The notes beneath the pieces are model-generated. The model worked only from the letters and a program-made list of their open reading frames with translations. It did no database searches and was not told the origin of the DNA. Shown here piece after piece: positions 39,372 through 50,015 of a stretch of 64,000 nucleotides of DNA. The stretch is from an uncultured Planctomycetota bacterium (GTDB lineage: Bacteria > Planctomycetota > Planctomycetia > Isosphaerales > Isosphaeraceae): NCBI GenBank assembly GCA_963737655.1, contig CAVTTN010000002.1, positions 4,544,001 through 4,608,000 of the forward strand, written 5' to 3'. The translations under genes were made by a program, and so were the position numbers. Each line of letters opens with the position of its first letter. Within the stretch, counting starts at the first letter, position 1.

Positions 39372-40126
39372 CTACTTCACCCACTCCACCCCCCGGAGGA
39401 CCAGCTTCGCGAGGTTCGGATCGCGCAGGGGGTCGTCCTTGCCGGGCCCGAAGTCGCGGTGGCCCAGGGGGGTATGGAAGACCTTGCCCTTGCCGAACGT
39501 GCGGGTCCAGGCCACGGGCCAATCCTGGCCGTCGTGATTCACGGTGGCGAGCGGCTCGACGCCCGGTTGCATCTGGATGTGGTAGTACAATTCATCCTTC
39601 AGGGGAAAGTCCTTGATCCCCCGGGTGATCGGGCTGGCGGTGTCGGCGATCTTGACGGTGTACTCGCCCTTGCGGACCTTGCCATCGGGCAGGCCCTTGT
39701 GGGAGAAGATCCCGCCGAGCATCTCGCGCCACTCGGGGAGCCAGTCGGGCGCGGCGTTGTCGGCCCCGTGGATCGCGACGAAGCCGTGGCCGGACTTCAC
39801 GAAGTCGAGCAGGGCCCGCTGCTGCCCCTCGGTGAACTTGAACTCGGGGTCGCGGCGGTCGGCGTTGACGATCAGGATGGCGTACTTCGCCATCGCGGGG
39901 GTCTCCAGGATCGCGGCATCCTCGCAGATCGTCACGCGGAAGTCGCCCGAGTTCTCCAGGAGTTCGGAGAGGAACAACGCCTGGTCCCGATAGCCGTGAT
40001 GCTCGCGCTGGCCGCCGGTCAGGAGCAAGACGGGCACGCCGCCGGGGTTCTTCTTCTGGCCCGGGCCGAAGGCGCCGAAAGGGCCAGGACGGCGACGGCG
40101 GCCAGGACGCAACGAGGGATCGACAT
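39372..40126 (-). CDS. Secreted ThuA-like domain protein (indel near 40060)
   Basis: VLLLTGG..HH, GFVAIHGA, KDELYY, PVAWTRTFGKGKVFHTPLGH; signal peptide MSIPRCVLAAVAVLAL is in an adjacent frame. Confidence 0.85.
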
Positions 40127-40262
40127 GGCAAAATCCCCGGGACGCAGGCAGGACCCCCGGCATCGTAAACCGCCCGGAGGGCGCGAGCAAGACGTCGGGC
40201 GGAGGAAATGCGGCGCGTGTTGGGTGAGGGTTTCGCTCTGGGATCCGGATCCTCCCTAAGGA

Positions 40263-40367
40263 TGCCCCCGGTTCTTGAACCGGGGCGGCATGGCCGCAAG
40301 AGGCAATGCGGAACGGCCCGGAACGGCCTCTTGCGGCCATGCCGCCCCGGTTCAAGAACCGGGGGCA
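40263..40367. repeat. Perfect 42-bp inverted repeat, each arm containing its own palindrome
   Basis: TGCCCCCGGTTCTTGAACCGGGGCGGCATGGCCGCAAGAGGC and its exact reverse complement; a degenerate copy of the 7052 REP follows at about 40411. Confidence 0.85.
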
Positions 40368-40510
40368 CCCGAAAAACTCCAGGATCGAGAGCTCGACCCG
40401 TCGGGTGATCGGTGCATTTCATGAGCCCCGCGGGTTGCCCGGCGCGATCGGCGGCGGTACTCTCGGCGGCTCACCGAGGATGAGTTCGAACCGTGGAGGG
40501 CCCGCGAATC

Positions 40511-41068
40511 ATGACCAGGACCGCGACCGGAATTCCCTGCCTGGCGATCGCCGCCCTCGGGCTGGCCTTGATCGCGGCGGATGAGCCGACTCAGACCATC
40601 AAGGCCCGGGGGATCACCTTCGACGTGCCCAAGAGCTGGGCCTCGGGCAAGCCGGCGAACGCGATGAGGCTGGCCCAACTCAAGGTCGAGCCGAGCGAGG
40701 GGGACAAGGACGCCGCCGAGCTCGTCCTGACCGCCTTCCCAGGCGGCGGCGGGGGCGTCGAGGCCAACGTGGCCCGGTGGAAGGCCCAGTTCGTCGATTC
40801 CCAGGGCGAGCCGCCCGAGGTCACCCAGGAGACCAAGAAGGGCAAGAACGTCTCGGTCACGTTCGTGGAGACCTCCGGCCGCTACGTCGCCCCCGTCATG
40901 CCCGGCCGACCCGAGAAGAACGACAAGCCGAACTGGAGGCTCCTCGGCGCGATCGTCCAGGCGGGCGACACCGGCTATTTCTTCAAGATGGTCGGCCCCG
41001 ACAAGACCATGAAGGCCGCCAAGCCCGGCTTCGAGGCCATGATCAAGTCCATCGCCGTCGAGAAGTGA
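40511..41068 (+). CDS. Secreted conserved hypothetical protein
   Basis: Signal peptide; VPKSW, MRLAQ, GGGVEANVARW..QF, YFFKMVGP. Confidence 0.8.
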   Translation: MTRTATGIPCLAIAALGLALIAADEPTQTIKARGITFDVPKSWASGKPANAMRLAQLKVEPSEGDKDAAELVLTAFPGGGGGVEANVARWKAQFVDSQGEPPEVTQETKKGKNVSVTFVETSGRYVAPVMPGRPEKNDKPNWRLLGAIVQAGDTGYFFKMVGPDKTMKAAKPGFEAMIKSIAVEK

Positions 41069-41087
41069 GCGAGCCGCGATCCGCCGC

Positions 41088-43869
41088 TCACCGGGGGACC
41101 ACGACCGTCCCGGCCAGGACGTCGTGGGGCCCTCGGTCGGGCCGGATCAGGGCGATCGGCAGCGAGGCGGCCACCAGCCCCGCCGCGATCCCGAACAGGG
41201 TCCAGCTCGGCCATCGGGCCTTCCACGTGTCCTGGACGTACAGGGCCCCGATCAGCAGGAGGGCGGGGACGAGCCAGACGACCAGGGACCTCCAGAAGAT
41301 CCGCAATCGCGAGGCGCGGACGCCGTCCCTTCGGACCAGTCCCAAACCCATCACGAGGAAGCTCAGGCCGCCTCCGAACGCCGCCGACAGCGCCGACCAG
41401 CCCAGGGCCATCAAGGCGACGGCCCCTCCCATGACCACGAACGCCTCCTCCAGGATGCGGGTCTGCTCCCGGGCGACGTCCTCGGCCTGGGCGGGAAACG
41501 CCTCGTACCGGCCGATCATCACGAGCAGCGGGGCCCCGAAGAAGATCAGCAAGGAGACGGACAGGATCGCCGCCATCACGCCGAGCTGGCTGGCCCGGGA
41601 AAGGCGGGTCGCCTCGGTCGTGTGATCGCGGGTCGCGTCCAGGGCCTGGCGGAACGAGGCCACGTCGCGGAACCTCTGCGGATGGCCCGGGGAAAGCCGG
41701 GTGAGGAGGTCGTGGGCGTGGATCGGCACGGGCGCCCGGATCGCGGTTTCCGAGTCGTCGAGCCGCCTCTTGCCGCCCTCCAGGGCCACGGCCGCCGATC
41801 GCCGGAGGAGGTCCAGGGCCCGGGACGCCTCGTCCCCCGGGCCGGACGCCTCGGGCCGGGCCAGGCCATCGACGATCAGGGCCCGGCCGTCGGGCTGGAC
41901 CCAGACCTGATCGATCGTCAGGCCCGGGGGGAGCGTCCCGTCCAGGCAGGCGGCGGCCAGCTCCTCGCTGATGTCGTCGATCAGGGGCCGGGCATCCCTC
42001 CAGGGGAGGCCGTCGGGCCCGGCGAGGTCGGCCAGGGGGCATCCCGACGGGGCCACGAAGGCATCCCATCGCCCCTCGGCCTGCTCGCCGCCGGCCAGCC
42101 ACCTCGGGCGGGTCGCCCGGCTGAGCTCGCGGCGGGCGGCATCCGGCGGAGGGCTGGATTTCGGCCTCAAGACGACCCACGCCTCGCGACCGAGCGAGGA
42201 ATCCTCGGCCGCCAGGACCTTCCGGCCATCCTCCCACCGGACCGCCCCCCGGACCCGGTACGGACCGACGGTCTTCATCACGCCGATCGGCCGGGTGGCG
42301 ACCCCGCGATCCGGCCCAGGGCCCGTCGCGACTCCGCCGCCTTCCGCCTCGCCGTCCGGGGGGCGACCACCACGCGGGTCCCGCTGAGGATCTCGTGGAG
42401 CCCCCGATAGCCGTTGCTCCGCCTCATCGACGAGCAGAGCACCGCCACCCCCACGGCGCGAGCCAGGGGCGTCAGCCACTCCCGACCCCTCAGGAACCCC
42501 AGATGATGGCCCGCGATCGTCACGGCTTCCCACGGGAGGGCCGTCAGGGCGTAGAAGATCGTCGCCCGGAGCCACATCCGCCCGAGGGTCGTGCCCGACG
42601 ACCCATCCCCCCGGACCCGGAGCCCCAGCAGCCACTTGGCCGGAGAGGCGCCCGTGAGGCTCTCCACCAGGAAATAGGCCACCAGGATCACCAGCGGGTC
42701 CATCACGGCGTTCAGGTACATGTCCTGGACGAGGTGGGACAGGACCAGCTCCCGGGAGGTCACCACCCGGACTCCGCCGACGACAATCAAGACCGGATAC
42801 TTGCTCAGGAAGACGTCGATAAAGTACGCCGCCGAGCGAAGCCAGAGGCTGGCCATCGTGGTCCGCCCCGGGGCGAACGGCGAGAGGGCCGCGGCCAGGC
42901 CGTCCAGGTCGCGATACCGCCGGTCCCGGCTCCGTTCCAGCCCCTTGAGGACCACCCGTTCCAGGTCCGGCGGGATGTCCGGGCGGATCGACCGGGGAGG
43001 CGGCGGCGGGTCGCTGACGATCCTCGCCAGGGTGGCCGCCGCGTCCGAACCCTGGAACGGCGCCCGGCCGGTCAGGAGGTAGTACAACGTCGCGGACACC
43101 GAATAAACATCGGTCCGGGGATCGACCGCGTCCCCCTTGATTTGTTCCGGCGACGCATAAAGAGGCGTCCCCAGGAACGAGCCGGTGCGGGTCAGGTTGG
43201 CGTCGCTCACCAGCGACTTCGAGAGCCCGAAATCGCCGATCTTGACCCGGCCGTCGGCCTCCAGGAAGCAGTTGGAGGGCTTCACGTCCCGATGGATCAC
43301 GCCGAGGCGGTGGGCCTCGCGAAGCCCCTCGATCGCGTCGAGGATCTTGGGGACCGCCTCGGCCGCCGGCAGCGGGCCTTTCTCGCGGACGAGGTCCTGG
43401 AGGTTCGAGCCCGGCATCAATTCCATGATGATGAATGGGCGGCCCTCCTCCTCGTCGGCCGCGAGGACGAAGACGCATCTCGGGTGAGTGATCGCCGAGG
43501 CCAGCCGCCCCTCCTGGCGGAACCGGCCGAGCGCCTCGGGCGAGGCGACGATCTCGGGGGAGACCAGCTTCAGCGCGACCCGTCGGCCGATCCGCGAGTC
43601 CTCGGCCTCGTAGACCGTCCCCATCCCGCCCTGACCGAGGGGACGGATCAACAGATAGCCGCCGATCGATTGCGGGGCCGCCGGCGGGGCTTCGAGGCCC
43701 GACGATACCCGGGGCTGGGGGGTGTGGGCGATCGTGGGGACTTCGTGGACGTTCGGCGCCGTCGTGACCAGCGCCGGCTCGTCCAGAGGCTTGCCGCAAT
43801 AGACGCAGAACCGGGCTCGGGGCCCGAGAACTCGATCGCCTGGCCGCAGTGGGGGCATTCGACGGTCAT
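41088..43869 (-). CDS. Zn-ribbon / Ser-Thr kinase / RDD / degenerate kinase / RDD multidomain protein (indels near 43820 and 42300)
   Basis: CPHCG..FCVYCG; GQGGMG, HRDVKPSN, DFG; ASLWLRSAAYFID..SPAKWLLGLRV..GLHEILSGTRVV; second GPHDVLAGTVVV; spread over three reading frames. Confidence 0.82.
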
Positions 43870-44380
43870 GGACGGCCCTCTTCCCCCGTCGAGAGTTCCG
43901 CAGATTCCCCCACCATCGGTTTACCGGGGAGTGTGCGTCCGTGCAAGGCCGTCTCGGGCGCAAAGGCGCGAATCCGAGACACTCCGGGCTCGGGGGCGGG
44001 CGATCGTCCCGCGGTTCCGAGGCCGATTTCGGGTCGAATCGTCCGGGGAGGGGCGCCGTTCCGCCAGGAAACCAGGAGTCTTCGGCAACCGCAATATCCC
44101 AGATTGTGCAGATGGAAAATTCGTCAGAATGGCGTCCATCCGCTGCGAAATCCGTGGGCGCCGACGGCCCTCCCCGAATTCAGGGTCCCTCCCCCGGGGC
44201 GGAACCCCCGGACGAACCAATCCGGTAGCCGTTCCTGAGGTGACTTGACCGGGACGGTCCGGTCTGTTGGATTGGCTCCGGGTCCGGCCGGGATCGGGAC
44301 CGAAATTTGCGGTCGTTCCGGATTGCCGGAGATGCGCGGCCCGGAAGGTCGTCGGCCGGGCCCGGGTTGGGGAGCCTGCC

Positions 44381-45271
44381 ATGACGCGTCTCAAGCGAGC
44401 GATCCTCCTCTCGGCGGCCGGCGCGCTCGGCCTGGTCGCCTCGGCCGGGGCCGTTCAGACCGCCTCGAAGCCAAAGGGTGCGGCCGTCGCCGCCGGGGCC
44501 GCGAAGGTGGAGGCCGTCGGCCTGGCGATCGATAAGCCCGGTCCGCCCATGAAGTTCGGCCAACTCGCCCAGGAAGGAACGCGGGTCATCCTCCGCGTCT
44601 CGCTCCCCGGCAAGACGATCGTCGAGCTCGACCCGGCGGCGAGCAAACTGACCGGCCTGAAGGACGACAAGGGCGCCGACCTTTCGAAAGAGCCTCCCAA
44701 GCCGAAGGACCAGGGGCCGGTGTTCCGCTTCGGCAACGACATGGGCGGCCCCCTGAAGGCCGAGAAGGTCCAGGACGGCCAGTCCTGCCTGGTCGAGGTG
44801 AAGGGGCCCGCCGTCCCGTCGCCGGGCGCGACCAGGATTGCCGTCCGGGGCACCCTGGTCTTCACCTGCGGGGCGGGCGAGAAGACCGACGAGCAGAAGA
44901 ACCTGCCCCTGACCGAGGGCGCCCCGATCACCGCCGGGCCCGTGCCGATGACCATCAGCCTCAAGAAGAACCCCGGATTCGGCGGCAACTTCCCCGGCCA
45001 GCCGGCCGCCCTGAACGGCTCCCGGTTCGCGATCCACACCGAGGGGTCCGCCGAGGCGATCAAATCCATCGCCTTCTGGGACGACAACGGCAAGGAGATC
45101 AAGAGCGAGGTCACCATGACCGCGTTCGGCGGTTCCAACATGAACGGCCCGAGGGACGTGTTCTACGCCCTGGAGAAGAAGGTGGATCAGGTGACGATCC
45201 GCGTCAAGCACGTCGATCATCTCGAAAAAATGTCCATCCCGATCGATGTGAACGTCGGCGTCGGCCTGTGA
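44381..45271 (+). CDS. Secreted hypothetical protein
   Basis: GGAG RBS, signal peptide, strong GC3 bias, LKDDKGADL. Confidence 0.8.
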   Translation: MTRLKRAILLSAAGALGLVASAGAVQTASKPKGAAVAAGAAKVEAVGLAIDKPGPPMKFGQLAQEGTRVILRVSLPGKTIVELDPAASKLTGLKDDKGADLSKEPPKPKDQGPVFRFGNDMGGPLKAEKVQDGQSCLVEVKGPAVPSPGATRIAVRGTLVFTCGAGEKTDEQKNLPLTEGAPITAGPVPMTISLKKNPGFGGNFPGQPAALNGSRFAIHTEGSAEAIKSIAFWDDNGKEIKSEVTMTAFGGSNMNGPRDVFYALEKKVDQVTIRVKHVDHLEKMSIPIDVNVGVGL

Positions 45272-45297
45272 TCCGCGGCCAGGGAGGCGATTTGTCG

Positions 45298-46614
45298 ATG
45301 ACCGACGACCCCGACGCCAACGCTCTCCCTCCCGAATCGCTCGATCCGGAGCCGGGGGGCGGCGGTCGGCCGCATGCGCCGACCCGAGGGGCGACCGTCA
45401 AGGCGATCCCGATCAACCCGCAACTGGCCGGCTGCGGATGTTTCGGGTGTTCCTCGATCGTCTTCCTCGTGGCCGCCTCGGCCGTGGCGGGGGCCGTCTG
45501 GGGGTTCCTCATCCCCGAGTGGAGGGTGAACAACCGCTACGTCTCGACGACCTGCGAGGTGCTCGACCAGAGGCTCGATACCCAGGAGTTCCCCGATGCG
45601 GGCCAAAAGCCAGCGGGGGCCGGGCCCAAGGAGTCGTATCGGCCGATGGTCAAGATCCGCTACGAGGTCAACGGCCGGAAGCTCGAGGCCTGGACCTACG
45701 ACGCGGCGGGGATCTACAACAACAACAAGGCCACCCAGCAGACCATCCTCGACAACTTCCCGGTCGGATCGATCCAACCCTGCTGGTACGACCCGGACCG
45801 TCCGCAACAGGCTGTCCTGGTCCGGGGTTACGCCGTCGCCGCCTATTTCTTCCTGATCTTCCCGGCCGTGTTCCTGATCCTCGGCAGCGTCGGGATGTTC
45901 TTCGGGTGGACGATCTTCCGAATGGGCCGGCCGTCGCGAGACGGCACCCCCGCGCCGCCGGCCGTCTGGATCGAGCCGCCCCCCCAGCCCGCCGCGTTCC
46001 CCCGAGGGTTCGACCCCGCCCGGCTCGGTGACCCCCTGGCCGAGGCGATCGAATGGACCCCGAGCGAGGTCAATCCCCTGGGCCTGGGAGGCCGCAAACT
46101 CGTCGAGATCGACCCGGACCGCCTGGAGTTCCGAGTCACGATCTGGGGACGCTTCTGGCCCTTCCTGGCCCTGATCGTCGGCCTCGGGCTTTCCACCTCC
46201 ATCGTCGCCTCCGCCTTCCGCCGGGCCTCGTTGCACCTGAACTCCCTGGTGCTCCTGCTGCTGACCCTAGGTCTCGCCGCCTCTATGGGTTATCTCCTCC
46301 ACCGCCGCTCGATCCCGATCGTGTTCGATCGCCGGGAGGGCTTCTTCTGGAGAGGGCGGAAGCCGCCCGGCGAGTTCCCCGACGCCGAGGCCCCGACCGA
46401 CGCCACCCCCCTGGACGACATCCACGCCTTGCAGCTCCTCCTCCAGCTCATCCGACCGAGCAGGGGGCGGGACCGCCGGGTTTATCAGCTGTATCTGGTG
46501 AGGAACGACGCCGAGCGGATCCTGGTCGTCGTCCGGTCCCATCGCGGCCGGCTCCGCGAGGAAGCGGCGGTCCTCGGCGAATTCCTGGGCAAGCCGGTCT
46601 GGGACGCCTCCTGA
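45298..46614 (+). CDS. DUF3592-like membrane protein
   Basis: YRPMVKIRYEVNG and PVGS..CWYDPDRP..AVL between TM helices. Confidence 0.75.
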   Translation: MTDDPDANALPPESLDPEPGGGGRPHAPTRGATVKAIPINPQLAGCGCFGCSSIVFLVAASAVAGAVWGFLIPEWRVNNRYVSTTCEVLDQRLDTQEFPDAGQKPAGAGPKESYRPMVKIRYEVNGRKLEAWTYDAAGIYNNNKATQQTILDNFPVGSIQPCWYDPDRPQQAVLVRGYAVAAYFFLIFPAVFLILGSVGMFFGWTIFRMGRPSRDGTPAPPAVWIEPPPQPAAFPRGFDPARLGDPLAEAIEWTPSEVNPLGLGGRKLVEIDPDRLEFRVTIWGRFWPFLALIVGLGLSTSIVASAFRRASLHLNSLVLLLLTLGLAASMGYLLHRRSIPIVFDRREGFFWRGRKPPGEFPDAEAPTDATPLDDIHALQLLLQLIRPSRGRDRRVYQLYLVRNDAERILVVVRSHRGRLREEAAVLGEFLGKPVWDAS

Positions 46615-46744
46615 TCGTCTCGGAGCTCCGATCGGCCGGATTTCCGGCCGATTGCGGTCGTCACGCCGGGTCTCTCGCCGTACCATGACCTGGGCCCCCG
46701 CCCGGCCCAATCCCGAGGGGCATCCGTCGTCGAGGCCCGGCCCG

Positions 46745-47311
46745 ATGATCCTGGTCTCCTTCCCCTGCGCCCGTTGCACCCGCCCCAACCCCCCGGCCGT
46801 CGCGTTTTGCGAGGGGTGCGGCCTGCCCCTGGGGACCGCCGAACCCGACGCCGGCGCCGGTCGCGAGGCCCTGGGCGTGTACGAGGCGCCCGAACCCGAC
46901 GACGGCGACCTCGGCCCCGCCCTGGCCGAACTCGTCGCCCGAGCCGGCCTGGATGCGTCGCCGTTCGGCCACGGCTGGCGGGTCGTCGTCCCCCTGCCCC
47001 TGGATCGCACCCAGGCCGTCTATCTCGGGCCCGACGGCACCGATGCCGAGGGCCGGCCGCTCGTCGGCCTGGTCTCCGTCTGCGGACCGGCCAACGACCG
47101 CGACGCCCGGGCCCTCCTGAAGCTCAACGCCCGGGCCGTCGAGGGGCATTTCGCGATCAAGACCCTTCGCGGCGAGGATTATTTCGTCGTCTGCCGGAGC
47201 CTCCCCCTGGAAATCCTCCCGGCGATCGACGCCTCGGGCCTCGTCCGCCGGATCGCCCGGGCCGCCGACGGCCTCGAAGACCGGCTCTCCCGGGGGCGTG
47301 ACCTCTATTGA
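46745..47311 (+). CDS. Zinc-ribbon plus YbjN/secretion-chaperone-like domain protein
   Basis: CARC..N....FCEGCG; R.Q.VY, LLKLNA...GHFAI, IA..AD.LE..L..D. Confidence 0.7.
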   Translation: MILVSFPCARCTRPNPPAVAFCEGCGLPLGTAEPDAGAGREALGVYEAPEPDDGDLGPALAELVARAGLDASPFGHGWRVVVPLPLDRTQAVYLGPDGTDAEGRPLVGLVSVCGPANDRDARALLKLNARAVEGHFAIKTLRGEDYFVVCRSLPLEILPAIDASGLVRRIARAADGLEDRLSRGRDLY

Positions 47312-48987
47312 CCCGGACCGATCCCGGGAACGTCCTCGCACCGATAGACCGAGATCGAACCATCCCGCAGGGTCACGACCGGCCGGACGCCGTCCAGCGC
47401 CCGGAAATACCCCGGAGGCCCCCACGGGCCGAACGCAAGCGACGTGGAAACCGCGAGATACGTCGTCCCGGCCGAGAGTTTCGCCGGCAGCCCCGGATGC
47501 GTCTCGTCGGCGTTGATGAGATGGCACGTCCCCACGATCCCGTACGCCTTCGGGTCCACGTCACCGAAATAATACAGTGTGAGATCGCGGAACTCGGGCC
47601 GGGCCTTCTGAATTGCGGCGAGCGACGTTAAACCCTGGCCCCAATCGAGGTTGGAGTCGGCCAGGATGTGTTTGCCACCCTCGACCCCGCCGGCCAGGGC
47701 GTTGAAGAACGACAGCTCGTGAGGATGGACCCTCGCCACGGCCCAGCCTTGCCCGATCAACCCAATGATCAATATCACCCGCCCTGCCCTGCCCGCCCGG
47801 ACCAGCCCCGACAGCCACACGATCGCCAGGGGGGCCATCGGCAGGAGGTATCGAACGCCATAATTCCGGGTCGATCCCACCGCCGCCAGCCCGAGGAAGA
47901 CCGCGATGGTCCAGGGGAGCATTGCCTCTCCGTCGGGGCCTCGAAAACCACCGTTTTGCCCGTTTTTCCCAAATTCTCGCCGTCCCGCGATCCGCTTTCG
48001 CAGGACAATCCGCCCCAAAACCATGATCCACAAGGAGATCGGCGTCTTGACCGCCAGCGCCACGAGATAATAGTGCCGCCAGCCGGTCATCCGCCGCTCG
48101 CCCAGGAGGTAGCTCGGACCCCCCGACCGCTGATGCCGGACCTGGATCAGGAACCCGACCCAGTCCGCCGGCCATCGTCGCTCCGCCAGCCAGGACACGA
48201 GGCCCGACGACAGGCTCGGATGGTCGCCCACCCGTTCGCTTGCCCGGATCGTGGCGAACCCCGAGATTGCCCAGTCGCTCAGGAGCATCACCGCCAGGAA
48301 CCCGGCCATCCCGGCCATCACCCGCCCCCAGGCCGCCCCCCGACGCCCATCACGGACCAGCCAGAGCAGGCCCAGGATCGGCGGGAAGGCGATCGCCGTG
48401 AACTTGCACGAGAACGCCAGCCCCCCCACGACCGCGGACGCCCAGAATGCCCAGGCTTTTTTTCTTTCCAGGAACACCCAGAACAGGCCGAACATCGCCG
48501 CCGACGCCGCCACCAGGGGCATTTCCATGGTGACCAGGGCGCCGTGGGCGATCAGGTTCGGGCTCAGGGCGAACAGCCAGGCCGCCACGGCCATCCCGGT
48601 CGACCCATTCCGCCGTCCCGCCCAGGTCGCCGTCGCTCCGAGGGCAACCATCCAGATCCAGAGCGAACCGATCCGCATCCAGGGCAACAAAGCGGCCTGG
48701 TGGACGTCCGGCGAGTCGATCCAGTCGCCGAATCCGGCGCGATCGAGGATCGCCAGGATGGGCGCCTGCTGGAGCTTCCAGAACGTCCGGGGCGAGCCCA
48801 TCCGGGTGATCGCCTCCTGATCGCCGGCCCGCCACCACCGGCAGGCGACCCTCAGATACGTGGGTTCGTCGTAGGTCGCCGAATTCCGGAAGGCGCCATC
48901 GACGAGCAGGGCCAGGCCGACGGTCCCGGCGAGGAGGGCCAGCGCGTTCGCGACGTAAAACCTTCGGCGATCGGCCGATCCGTCCAT
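47305..48987 (-). CDS. GT-C fold glycosyltransferase (ArnT/PMT-like)
   Basis: SATYDEPTY, ALSPNLIAHG.LVT, KFT, ALAVKTP, GVRYLLP, LADSNLDWGQ. Confidence 0.88.
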   Translation of the reverse strand: MDGSADRRRFYVANALALLAGTVGLALLVDGAFRNSATYDEPTYLRVACRWWRAGDQEAITRMGSPRTFWKLQQAPILAILDRAGFGDWIDSPDVHQAALLPWMRIGSLWIWMVALGATATWAGRRNGSTGMAVAAWLFALSPNLIAHGALVTMEMPLVAASAAMFGLFWVFLERKKAWAFWASAVVGGLAFSCKFTAIAFPPILGLLWLVRDGRRGAAWGRVMAGMAGFLAVMLLSDWAISGFATIRASERVGDHPSLSSGLVSWLAERRWPADWVGFLIQVRHQRSGGPSYLLGERRMTGWRHYYLVALAVKTPISLWIMVLGRIVLRKRIAGRREFGKNGQNGGFRGPDGEAMLPWTIAVFLGLAAVGSTRNYGVRYLLPMAPLAIVWLSGLVRAGRAGRVILIIGLIGQGWAVARVHPHELSFFNALAGGVEGGKHILADSNLDWGQGLTSLAAIQKARPEFRDLTLYYFGDVDPKAYGIVGTCHLINADETHPGLPAKLSAGTTYLAVSTSLAFGPWGPPGYFRALDGVRPVVTLRDGSISVYRCEDVPGIGPGQ

Positions 48988-49004
48988 GAGCGGCCCCTCC
49001 GCGA

Positions 49005-50015
49005 TCACCCCGAGCGGAGTTCGCGGCCCCACCGGACGACGGCCAGGGCATCCTCCAGCCCCGGGGCCAGCGACGGCTCACCTCGGACGAGCCGGTAGAA
49101 CTGGTCGTTGAGGACCTCGCCGACGGTGGGCTCCATCGGCAGGCGTTCCTCGTGGATGCCGGAGGCGTCGGACCACTGGATGCGGTCGGGCATCTCGACC
49201 CAGGCCGCCCCTCGTTCGGCGAAGACCTGGAAGCCGGGGGGCGGCAGGAACCGCGAGGCGTCGCCCCAGGCGGCCCGATGATACCGGGCCACGTCCATCC
49301 GGACCGCCCGGCTGCCGGCAAACTCCAGAGAAAACCCCGCAAAGTCCGGCCCGGAGCCGTCGTCCAGCGGCCCCGGCATGACCTGGGTCTCGCGCCCCTC
49401 AATCTTCGTCGGCTCGTCGCCGAAGACGAACCGGCACCAGTCGAGGAGGAACCCGCACGGGTCGATCGACAGCGGGACCGGGGCCAACTGCGTCGAGGGC
49501 CCCGGCGGGTTATATCGATCGAAGCCGAACAATCGCGTATGTCCCAGGACCAGGCGGACCGGGCCGAGGGTGGTCTCCAGGAGCTCTCGGAGCCGGAGCG
49601 ACGCCGGGTAGAACCGCCGGGCCATCTCCGGCATGAACGGAACTTTCGATTGACGAACGACTTCGGCGACGGCCTCCAGACCTTCCGGATCGATCCCCGG
49701 AGGCACGGCGCAATAGATCGGCTTGCCCGCCTCGCACGCCTGGGCGATCGGATGGAGGCCGAACCACTGCGGGGTCAGCAGGTAGATGGCCTCGATATCG
49801 GGCCGCTCGATCAGCCCCGACAGGCCCCGGGCGACCTCGCAGCGGAGCGAGGCGGCCTCGATCGAGGCGCGGCGGGCGACCTGGTCGTAGACGGCCACGA
49901 CGTGGAATCGGTCGCGGAGCCGGGCCAGGGCCGGCTTGTGCCGGGACTCCCAGAGCCGCCCCAGGCCGACGATCCCGACCCGGATTCGGGGGCCTCCGCC
50001 GCGATCCAGACCCAA
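49005..50015 (-). CDS. Gfo/Idh/MocA family oxidoreductase-like protein
   Basis: RVGIVGLG..W..RH, IEAIYLLTP, RRFYPA; TTG start inferred. Confidence 0.8.
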   Translation of the reverse strand: MGLDRGGGPRIRVGIVGLGRLWESRHKPALARLRDRFHVVAVYDQVARRASIEAASLRCEVARGLSGLIERPDIEAIYLLTPQWFGLHPIAQACEAGKPIYCAVPPGIDPEGLEAVAEVVRQSKVPFMPEMARRFYPASLRLRELLETTLGPVRLVLGHTRLFGFDRYNPPGPSTQLAPVPLSIDPCGFLLDWCRFVFGDEPTKIEGRETQVMPGPLDDGSGPDFAGFSLEFAGSRAVRMDVARYHRAAWGDASRFLPPPGFQVFAERGAAWVEMPDRIQWSDASGIHEERLPMEPTVGEVLNDQFYRLVRGEPSLAPGLEDALAVVRWGRELRSG

